The notes under the pieces are model-generated. The model made no database searches, was not told where the DNA came from, and was given only the letters and a program-made list of their open reading frames with translations. Position numbers and translations under genes: made by a program. 24,203 bases of DNA from Macrostomum lignano (taxonomy: Eukaryota), in contig NIVC01003748.1 of the NCBI GenBank assembly GCA_002269645.1, positions 1 to 24,203 on the forward strand, given 5' to 3'. Positions 1-9,065 of this stretch are shown here, one piece after another (the first letter of the stretch is position 1; each line of letters begins with the position of its first letter).

Positions 1-713
1 GTATTACGTGCACACGCCAGCCCTGAATACCAAGCCATACTAGTCTACCTGCAGTGCTCCCAGAGGGAAGGATGGTCAGAGTTACACACAAGAATGCATT
101 CATACAAAGAGTACACAACTCGAGCCCAGACACCAAGTCACAGTCTACTTACAGTAGAGATGGTAGATTAATAGCAAGATTATATTACAATTAGACCTCC
201 CTAGCACATGAGGAGTGAAATTCAATAATAATTGAATTCAATAATAATACAACATTTAGACGTAGTAATTTAATTACAAAATACCACTAACACTGAGCCA
301 ACGAATTGTAGGTTACAAAGGAGTATCGTTTTTGTCTATGTTTTAATAATATACACCTGCATTATACTGGCTTTCCATATGAGTGGCAACTCCTTTGTAA
401 CCTACAATTCGTTGGCTCAGTGTTAGTGGTATTTTGTAATTAAATTACTACGTCTAAATGTTGTATTATTATTGAATTCAATTATTATTGAATTTCACTC
501 CTCATGTGCTAGGGAGGTCTAATTGTAATATAATCTTGCTATTAATCTACCATCTCTACTGTAAGTAGACTGTGATTGGTGTCTGGGCTCGAGTTGTGTA
601 CTCTTTGTATGAATGGATTCTTGTGTGTAACTCCTGACCATCCCTTCCCTCTGGGAGCACTGGGTAGACTAAGTATGGCTTGGTATTCAGGGCTGGCGTG
701 TGCCACGTAATAC
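1..713. repeat. Long inverted repeat (palindrome): arms 1-324 and 389-713, 64-nt spacer 325-388
   Basis: Read directly: the reverse complement of 389-713 matches 1-324. It is identical over 138-324, with 7 differences (6 indels, 1 substitution) in 1-137. Confidence 0.97.
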
Positions 714-729
714 TCTGTAATATTTACCG

Positions 730-2580
730 GACTCGGGTGGGGAAGCTCGCTGTACGGCTCTCTCCGTGGGGTGTGATTCACCGCCTCTCTGTCCCGCGCC
801 TCCTGCCAGGCAGCTCTCTGTCCCTCCGCGGGTGACTTACACACCTCTCTGTCCCGCGCGCGTGCTGCGACGCCGGGTAGCGTCCTCTATCTCCTACTCT
901 CCACGCACTCTCCACGCCTCTCTGTTCCCCCTCTGCTGGGGGCTGGTTGTCGCCTGTACAGGGCAGCGTCAGCATCTGGTTTCCTTCCTGCACCGTCTAC
1001 CCCACCACATATACTGACTAACCGCATGCACACGACATTGTGGGAGGGCGGAGTTCCCACTGACGGGTGTACACCTACTCGACGCTGAAGGTACACTTGC
1101 TGAACGCCCACCTTGTCAGATGTACACTTGCTGAACACCCATCCTGTCAGATTACACTCGCTGGACGCCTGCCGGATGTACACCCCGGTGACTAATTCGC
1201 TTACTTTTCTATTAAAATATTGCCATTTATTATGTCTGCTTTTTATTTCAATTTTATATGGTTTGAAGGTTTATTTTGCTGTAATACCTAGTTTCTTATA
1301 AAAATCTACTCTCGACGATGGTTGTGTTGGCTATTTCATTAAAATAACCTGCTTTTGAATAAAACGTTGTATTTAAGCCTCCAGTTTTTTTTCAAAATCA
1401 TAATGGAAACCCTCCCGACACCCCTGGAACCTCCTCGAGCAGCTTACATAGAGCTTGCAGACCCTCGAAACCCCTCTAGTGTGCCCTGATTTCAGCGGTC
1501 TAGAGGTTAACATCTGAATTTTTACACTATATTTTCCTTACATACAGCAATACAGGAGGGTCTGGAAGAGTGAGTCTGGCGGGAGAGGGGGCTTGTGGGA
1601 TGATGAGGATGTGTACACTGTTTAGCAGTTTTAGCCTACCTTTTGGGCTAATATACTTACTATTATTACTACTATTATACCTACTATGTACATACTATTA
1701 TACTACCCACTATTAAATATGCGGCACTAAAACCAACTTTTGATAATACATAGCGTGTTTTGGTGGATTCTCCCTCACGTCTCTGTCCCTACACATGTGC
1801 TTTTTAGTATTCTCTGTTTGTGTACCTCTCTGTAACGTCTCTGTACGCTCAGACTGGTTTCTCCGTCCCCGCGCGCGCCTCTACTAAAGTTTGCTGTTAC
1901 CTACCCCTACACACTGCTCTCTGTCTCCCTCCGCGCACACCTCTCTGCCCTTGCATGCAACTTGCATGTCTACTCCCCTGTCCTGCCCTCGCGTGGGTCC
2001 CTGTCTATACATAGCTACCAGACCCTACCTCTCTCTGTGCCTTGCTCGCAACTCTGTCCCAGGCCCCCCTTCATACTTCTCTGTCCCGGGCTGCAACTGG
2101 CTGACACGCGCCTCTCTGTTCCCCAGCCTGCGTGGCTGCCTACCCCTGCACACTGCTCTCTGTCCCCCTCCGCGCCTCTCTATCATCCTATTCCTGCAGC
2201 TGACCGTGCCGTTCAGCTCTGTCCACGCACGGCTCCACCCCTGCCCGTGTCTCACTGTACCGCCCTGTGTGGCTCCCTTACCCTGCGCGTTTGCTCCCCA
2301 TCTCCCTCCTGCTCGATATGTTTCTGTTCCCTCACACTACGCACACGTGGCTGGCTCTCTGTCCAAACACATCTCTGCTCCTCCACTCTATCCTCGCGTG
2401 GCCCCTTGACGGTTCGCATGCCCCTGCATACCCTGCCTGCCTCTCTGTCCCCTGCAACTGGGGAGGGAGCTCTCTATCCTCTGTATGGCTTTCTCTGTGG
2501 GGTGTGTGTGACTCACACTACCTCTCTGTCCTAGCATGCGCCTCTCTATCCGGCTCCTGTAGCAGGCTGTGTTGTTCACA
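730..2580. repeat. Degenerate modular repeat with recurring CTCTCTGTCC core, in two related blocks (~730-990 and ~1780-2580)
   Basis: CTCTCTGTCC-like cores recur every few tens of bases. Segments ~735-795 and ~945-985 are diverged copies of ~2460-2530 and ~2615-2645. Confidence 0.75.
1538..1575 (-). CDS. Possible terminal (7th) coding exon of the VWA/Cys-repeat gene, encoding (H)SLFQTLLYCCM*
   Basis: Pyrimidine-rich acceptor CCCCCTCTCCCGCCAG on the minus strand (AG at 1577-1576). Its phase (1) is compatible with the GTGAGT donor at 3749, and minus-strand AATAAA motifs lie downstream near 1225-1280. No homology support. Confidence 0.3.
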
Positions 2581-3012
2581 TCTCTTTCCACCCACCCTCT
2601 GCCCGTACACGCTCAGTGTACAGGGCTGCGTCAGCATCGGGGTTAAAACTTCTCGCTCCCTATGCTTCAACAGTATAACAACCTAGTGGCTGGTTCTCTG
2701 TCCACCCACCCCTCTCTGCCCGTACACTCTCACTGTACAGGGCTGCGTCAGCATCAGGGTTAAAACTTCTCGCTCTCTATGCTTCAACAGTATAATAACC
2801 TAGTGGCCGTCTCTCTGTCCACCCCCCCTTTCTGCTCGTACACGCTCATTGTACAGGGCTGCGTCAGCGTTAGGGTTGAAACTTCTCGCTCTCTATGCTT
2901 CAACAGTATAATAACCTAGTGGCCGTCTCTCTGTCCACCCCCCCCTTTCTGCCCGTACACGCTCATTGTACAGGGCTGCGTCAGCGTTAGGGTTGAAACT
3001 TCTCGCTCCCTA
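2581..3012. repeat. Tandem repeat, ~114-117-bp unit, about 4 copies (last truncated)
   Basis: Unit CTCTCTGTCCACCC...GTACAGGGCTGCGTCAGC...AAACTTCTCGCTC...TATGCTTCAACAGTATAA(C/T)AACCTAGTGG starts near 2581, 2695, 2811 and 2927. Confidence 0.95.
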
Positions 3013-3320
3013 TACCCCACAACCGTGTAGTGTCCTAGTATGGGCGCGACCTGGGTTCGATTTCGCTAGTTGAGATGTAGGTGAGAGAGGGGAAGAGGCC
3101 CGTATCGATGACTACATATCGGTGTACACACATATCGGGAGAGTGTACACTCGGGGCGCCTGCTGCATACATATCAGTGTACATATAGGGAGAGTGCGCA
3201 TACATATCGGGAGGGGCGCCTGAGGCGGGGAGGGCGCCTGCGGCATACATGTCGGGGGAGGGCGCGTGCGGCGGGGAGGGGCGCCTGCGGCATGGACGCC
3301 TGCTGCTCTGGAGGGTGCGC

Positions 3321-3380
3321 TTGGGATCTGATTGATTTGGGATCTGATTGATTTGGGATCTGATTGATTTATTGGGATCT
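3321..3380. repeat. 16-bp tandem repeat TTGGGATCTGATTGAT, 3 copies plus a partial copy
   Basis: Exact copies at 3321, 3337 and 3353. Confidence 0.95.
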
Positions 3381-3555
3381 AATATCGGGAGGGTGCGCCT
3401 GCGGCGCTTGGCGCCTGCGGCGCGCGCGCGCGCCGAGCGCCGATATCGATACGGGTATCGATCACCTAGTGATCGGGGCGCCAGCCAATGAGAGGCGAGG
3501 AGGGTTGACACCCACCTCACCTCCAAAATCAAGCCTTACGGGTTCATATAGTAGT

Positions 3556-3714
3556 GTCACTTCCTGAATCTCGGTCACTCTATGCTACTGAGTCACTTCT
3601 TGAATCTCGGTCACTCAATGCTACTGAGTCACTTCCTGAATCTCGGTCATTCAATGCTACTGAGTCACTTCTTGAATCTCGGTCATTCAATGCTACTGAG
3701 TCACTTCCTGAATC
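3556..3714. repeat. 36-bp minisatellite, ~4.4 copies
   Basis: Unit GTCACTTC(C/T)TGAATCTCGGTCA(C/T)TC(T/A)ATGCTACTGA; the C/T variant alternates between copies. Confidence 0.95.
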
Positions 3715-3741
3715 CCTTATTTTAAAAGCAAACTGCAAAAG

Positions 3742-6700
3742 TCACTCACGGTACTCGGATTGAAGTCGGCAAGGCCGTTGAAAAGTTTTCAGGCTCTTGT
3801 AGCACCGGCCGCCCCTCAGCCTGTAGAGGGTCACCGTCACCTGCTGATAGCCGCGGACGCATGGCCCGAACTGCCTGCTGCCGCTGCCTTGGCAGGCTGG
3901 CGAGTTCGAAATTATTGATTTCAATTATTCATACTCATCTTTGTAAGTCGCTTAGCACATGGAGTGAAAGTCAGTGAGTTAGCGCAAAGTCATCACAAGC
4001 TATAGCCCAACTGTCAGGATGACCTCCCCGCCCAACTGTCAGGATGACCTTCCCGCCCAACTGTCAGGATGACCTCTCCTCCCTACTGTCAGGATGACCT
4101 CCCCTTCCATCTGTCAGGATGACCTCCCCTCCCAACTGTCAGGATGACCTCCCCTCCCAACTGTCAGGATGACCTCCCCTCCCAACTGTCAGGATGACCT
4201 CCCCTCCCAACTGTCAGGATGACCTCTCCTCCCTACTGTCAGGATGACCTCCCCTTCCATCTGTCAGGATGACCTCCCCTCCCAACTGTCAGGATGACCT
4301 CTCCTCCCTACTGTCAGGATGACCTCCCCTTCCATTGTCAGAATGACCTCCCCTCCCAACTGTCAGGATGACCTCCCCTCCCAACTGTCAGGATGACCTC
4401 CCCTCCCAACTGTCAGGATGACCTCCCCTCCCAACTGTCAGGATGACCTCCCCTCCCAACTGTCAGGATGACCTCCCCTCCCAACTGTCAGGATGACCTC
4501 CCAAACTTCTGATCGTCTGACCCCCGATCTCTGATCAGGAGGCAGCTCCCATTTCCTACCTGAGCAATTCTCTTTCCGCATGTTGAAAACGTGGTGACAG
4601 TAGGTGTCGTTGATCCTGGTGAAGGTGGTCACCACGACAGTGCGCTGGCGGTTAATGCAGGGTCCGTAGCGGGTGAGCGGGGAGCGGTCGCCGCAGCTCT
4701 CGCAGCCAGTGGTCTTGAAGATGTCGTTGGGATTCGTGCAGTTGCATCTGATGGCTGTGAATGTAGAGTGGTTGAGATCAAGCCCCTGGCCATGGGTTTT
4801 TTGGTGGAGGTTGCAAAATCAAGAATCCTAGACGTTAGTACTGATTTTTTTGGCAATGAAGGGACTTATTTTGGCGCCTGAAGAGAAGTTCTAGATTTTC
4901 ATAACAGGTCACGAGGTGGTGCCGGGGCGAAAGCATAGACATGCCCCCATAGCTTTAATCGGGGGGGGCATGTCCTTCCGCTGGTGATGCCCCTGGTGGA
5001 GATAGGGCGCATTCAGTGTCACTGTGACGAGACTTCAGATCTGCTGAAGAGATACATATGTTGCAATTTATGTATACTATGAAATACTGTGAGGTACGGC
5101 GCAGTTTCATCGAAAACAATGCCTTTGAAGCGAGTAGCATCACCGAGATATCAATAACTAGAAACATCAAGAAACCCACATGTGACATACTAAAAGTGGG
5201 GGTTGAACCTCGGCTTGTTTGCCTTGGTCAATGGGCCCCTCTGCCAGCATTCCATGTGCACAGACTTTTCTTTCTTTTATGCTGTCTTCTTTTAAGGCGG
5301 CATCTTTCCGGGTATGAGAGAGATTTTACAACCTAAATTTTACACGTCTACTTTTCTCAGTATAGTCTAAATAGAACGTCACACCACCCAATCCATCCCA
5401 TTCTATGCTAGAACCCAATAGAGAAGACTCGAATTTGGTATCTCAGTGTTTCTAGTCAGGTAAGCCGACAAGAAATCGTTTCGATGTAGTTGGACCCAGA
5501 GCGCAAAGTTCGGGCTCCATTTTGTGCTCAATTCACATCCAATTTGATGTTAAATAAATAATTTTAAGAGTATGAAGACCGCGAGTTATTTAGCGTTTCT
5601 CAACTCACTGTTATTGGTGCCGTTAACGCACACGGACCCCGGCGGACACACAAAGGACTCGCAGCCGGTGGCCCTGCCGCAGGCCTCAGTCTGGGTGGTC
5701 ACGGACTCCGTACAGTCGCTGTTGTTGTCAGGCCGGGAGTACACAAAGGTGGAGATTCGAATGAATCCGTTGACGCATTCGCTTCGCTCAACTCGATTTG
5801 GAGGGCAATCTGATGGCGATGAGAGTTAGCTGGTGACTTATGCGAATATTTTGGCACTTTTGACCTGAGAGCCACTCCCAGTCCCCTGATTCTGTCTGTT
5901 TAAGCATGTCAGCCACTACTTAGAAGTGCTGTGCATTTAGCTGTCATCAGCAGCGTCTCACAGAGTTCGCCAATTCTAACCTACAATAATTTCACACCCC
6001 TTCGAGTAAGCGCGAGCATAAATGTGCGTGTGGATGCATAAGCACGACTCGTGCAGGCTGCATGCAGTGGCTCTGACTTGCTCCTGGCCTTCTAGATTTC
6101 GTGGGCTTTGCTCAAGGCGCAAGAAAACGATGCAAAACGGCTTTGCTACAGCCCCTTTACAATGTAGTACAATCCACGATCATCCATAAGAATACTTTAA
6201 AATTGAACTGTTGTTAAAAAGCAATAAAAAGAGGGCTTACCACACGGCTCGAACGAAATCGCTAACTTTCTGATGCAATTGTGCGGCAACTCCTCCGATC
6301 GATTGTAGAAGAAGCGCTGCACCTGCGCCCGGCCCCGGACTGTACAGTTGTCATAGGTGGTCCAGGACAGCGGGCACGGACAGAACACCTGGGCGTAGGC
6401 CTCGGTCTTGGTGAGGACTTCAACAATGTTAAACGCGTCGAAGATGCCACGCGTTCCGTCGCTAGCGATTCTGTAGAGCTCTTTGCTGCAGGAAGTGCGT
6501 TAGAGAGACAAGAGACGGTTACAAAACTTAATTTAGGGATGGAATTTGATGAAATAATCAAGATGAAGCAGACAAGAATCGAAGCAAAAGTCTTCCCCAC
6601 TCAAACGCTAGCAAAAATGAGACTGCCTGCAGTTCAATCAACTCACGGAGAGGCTCCGCCCGCCAGGTTGACTGCAAATACGTGCGAGGCAACACGGCGC

Positions 6701-7329
6701 AGTTGCGTCGACGCGGCGAACGTGCGGTGAGTGCCAGCGTTTCGGTCGCCACCCACTGCCACCACAGCCAGCAGCTTGCACTTGCGTCTTCCCACCTCAA
6801 CCAGCTGGTGGTGGTACTTGGCGAGCAGGTGCTTGGCAGCCAGCATGGCGTCTCCCGTGGCGATTCCGTCGAACCGCGGAAGCTGGGACAGCAGCCGGTT
6901 GAGCTTGCGCTGCACCAGCGTCAGATTGCGCGTCACCGGTATCGTGTGCTCGACCTTCTTGGAGAAGGCTACAAAGCCGACGCCGATGTCGTTCTCAGTG
7001 AGGAGGCGGGCGCGAGCGACAACAGCAGTCATCTGCTGCTGATAGGCTGTCAAGCTGTCGAAGTCTTTGCGCTGCAGGTTCAGCACTATAACGTAGTCAG
7101 CGTTGCCGCACTTGACCACGGGGTCCCTCACCGTGGGTGACAGACCAGTCTTGGGATGGGCGCTAATTTTGTTGAAAAAATGAAAAAGGACCATTTCTAG
7201 TAGTGTTACAGTGTAGATGCATATAGTAATCAAAACTGCTTACTTAGAGTAGTATCAAACTCACCGGACAGTTGACAGTAGCGCAGTGGCAACCAGCATG
7301 AGACTGGTAGCCGACGCTAGCATCCTCAT
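3742..7329 (-). CDS. Secreted VWA + divergent TSP1-like Cys repeats + EGF-like protein; exons 7329-7265, 7162-6647, 6485-6241, 5809-5609, 4754-4560, 3896-3742 (or 3896-3750 if spliced on); ~458-468 aa
   Basis: All five introns are GT-AG with matching phases (2,2,1,1,1). Signal peptide [26 protein letters not shown]-fold motifs [48 protein letters not shown]-like [24 protein letters not shown]. Four 4-Cys repeats such as [44 protein letters not shown]. Confidence 0.85.
4006..4503. repeat. 25-bp intronic minisatellite, ~20 copies
   Basis: Unit CCCAACTGTCAGGATGACCTCCCCT; the 25-nt period was verified (AGGATGACCT at 4141 and 4191). It lies in intron 5 of the VWA gene. Confidence 0.97.
4938..4974. 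repeat. Short hairpin GACATGCCCCC-(15 nt)-GGGGGCATGTC next to a CAGGGGCATCACCAG motif (minus strand); possible DNA-transposon/MITE end remnant
   Basis: The 11-bp perfect inverted repeat is seen directly. The transposon interpretation rests on general resemblance only, and no partner TIR was found. Confidence 0.4.
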
Positions 7330-8040
7330 TGCTATCGATGCGATTGCTCAGTCCGTCTGAACAGATTAGTAAGAGATTCTAGTAAAATATAGGCTGAAGT
7401 TTCCCAATCTGGTTGAATGGGAGAACTCTGACTCGAATTTTTATTCAGCCACTGTTTTCGATTTTCGCTTTTATAAACTATTGAGACTGGAAGGAAACGC
7501 CCTGACGCCCGAGAATACGCTGACAAAGCAGTTTTCGAATGCGCTTGATTTCAGCTGCCCCTGAAACTGCTGCTAGTCAGATAGTGAGGTCAGTAGAATC
7601 ATCTGTAAGTCACGGCCCATCTGCTTTCAATGCATAATCCATACCGATATGCGCATGCGTTCTCTTGTTATCCACCTTTTAAGTGCAGAGCTATCCTCCA
7701 ATAAATAAGTCGAGTGGCATAAGGCGGCTGTTTATCACCTGCGAAAAATTGAATCGTGACAATTCATTGGTATTTGGAGTCCACAAAAGGCACAAATCAT
7801 GTTTTGCGATGCAATTTTTTTCGACTATTGATTTCGGATTGCTGCAGACGATTATTTTGAAATTGCTTTGTTACTTCGTTTTCTCTTTTAGATCATACAA
7901 TCATACATGTCAGGGGCGGACCCAGGGGGGGGGCGTATTCGCCTTAATCGCCCTAAAATTTCGCTTCTCCAATTCTTAAAAAACTAAGTGAAATAGGCGA
8001 CTAATCTCGACGAATTACGTTCACTAAGAGACAGCGGCGC

Positions 8041-8044
<4 letters not shown>

Positions 8045-8137
<93 letters not shown>
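8045..8137. repeat. (AG)n microsatellite with two AC interruptions
   Basis: Seen directly. Confidence 0.99.
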
Positions 8138-8138
<1 letters not shown>

Positions 8139-8295
8139 GCCCACCAAGAGACAGTGACGCCCACCAACAAGAGACAAGGGCGCCTTCTGAGAGACAGTGA
8201 CGCCCACCAAGAGACAGGGGCGCCCACCACGAGACAGTGATGCCCACCAACAAGAGACAAAGGCGCCCTCTGAGAGACAGTGACGCCCACCAAAT
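8138..8295. repeat. 20-23-bp minisatellite with higher-order structure (CGCCCACCAAGAGACAGTGA family)
   Basis: Monomer variants recur in the order A-B-C-A'-A''-B-C-A. Confidence 0.9.
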
Positions 8296-8864
8296 ACTGG
8301 CAAGGGTTGCGGCCCCCTCTTATAAAAAAATCTTGCCCATGCCATGCTAATACACGTACAACTTCCGATGCATTAGACTATGCTGTACATGTACTTTAGT
8401 TTCAAAGCTCAATTCTACAAGTGACGGAAATGTGCTCGCGATCATCTGTGAGGGCTCGTGATATTATGTACTTTTATAGCATGCCCTTTCTATACTGCAT
8501 TACGGGAACCCGTTCAAACTCCAAGATGGTTACAGTGGACCAGTTACGAAGTACCATTCGAACAGTGTCGTAATTCATCCTGATGGGGTATATAAGATGC
8601 CGAGAAACATGGAGCTAACGCAGGCTTGCTGTGTGTTGTTAGTGAATTTACACTTTTCCCATTTTGGATTGCTGCTCCCATTTTCGTTCGCATGTCCGCG
8701 ATTGGAAAAGTGGAATCTGGACAGGATGTGTTGGACGGTTCCGCATTAAAGAGCTTCTCGAGTAAGAGAAGGTCCAAGCTGTCCAAGCTGCATAAGTTAT
8801 CGATCAAAATACAAAAACAGCAAAATACGCTGTCAAGGTCTTTACGAGTAAACGGCAGCTTCAC

Positions 8865-9065
8865 ATGTCGCGCCTTTGAGCCACGTTGCGAACGAAGGCC
8901 ACGCCGCCGACCGAGTCCGAGGCGCCAGCGTCAGTCTCCGATCTTGAAGGCGGCGCGGCATCTACTTGTCGCTCGAGCAAGTCCGCTGTACAGCAGGACG
9001 GTCTCGACCACCGCCTGGAACAACACTAGTACCTCGGACTGCAGGACTGCCCTCACGAACGGAAG
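8865..9065 (-). mobile_element. Decayed 3' fragment of a non-LTR retrotransposon (LINE) ORF2
   Basis: Minus-strand segments VRAVLQSE..LFQAVVETVLLY, then (frameshifted) LERQVDAA, AAFKIG and DAGASDSVGGVAFVRNVAQRRDM*. These resemble the post-RT region of RTE/L2-like LINEs (xxVESVLLYxxETW type motif); recognised from memory, not by search. Confidence 0.6.

Noticed and set aside
887-1183. Minus-strand ORF with a TSP1-like look (ECNLTGWVFSKCTSDKVGVQQVYLQRR), a possible further exon of the VWA gene
   Set aside because: The segment is a ~31-bp degenerate tandem repeat (GTACACTTGCTGAAC...GTCAGAT), and the phase-compatible acceptors lack a pyrimidine tract.
1548-1569. Plus-strand 22-nt micro-exon (TTTCCTTACATACAG ... 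GTGAGT)
   Set aside because: There are no partner plus-strand exons nearby, and it overlaps the better-supported minus-strand candidate exon.
1820-2686. Several long overlapping ORFs (172, 190 and 139 aa)
   Set aside because: They are low-complexity translations of the CTCTCTGTCC repeat block with no recognisable domain.
2860-3000. TTAGGG hexamers and a GAAAC motif in the 116-bp unit (telomere or hammerhead ribozyme?)
   Set aside because: There is only one hexamer per unit, and no CUGANGA core with flanking stems on either strand.
3022-3066. tRNA-like boxes GTGTAGTG and GGGTTCGATT
   Set aside because: The box spacing is too short and no cloverleaf forms.
4006-4503. CRISPR-like appearance of this and the other regular arrays
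   Set aside because: The units are head-to-tail with no unique spacers, there are no cas genes, and the context is eukaryotic intron.
5572-7140. Plus-strand ORFs 5572-5829, 6281-6730, 6682-7140 and 6731-7042
   Set aside because: They are antisense shadows of the GC-rich VWA gene exons.
7909-7945. CAGGGGCGGACCCAGGGGGGGG as a MITE left end
   Set aside because: No matching right-hand TIR was found, so it is not reported as an element.
7984-8345. Minus-strand SL-repeat ORFs
   Set aside because: They are translations of the (AG)n microsatellite and the adjacent minisatellite.
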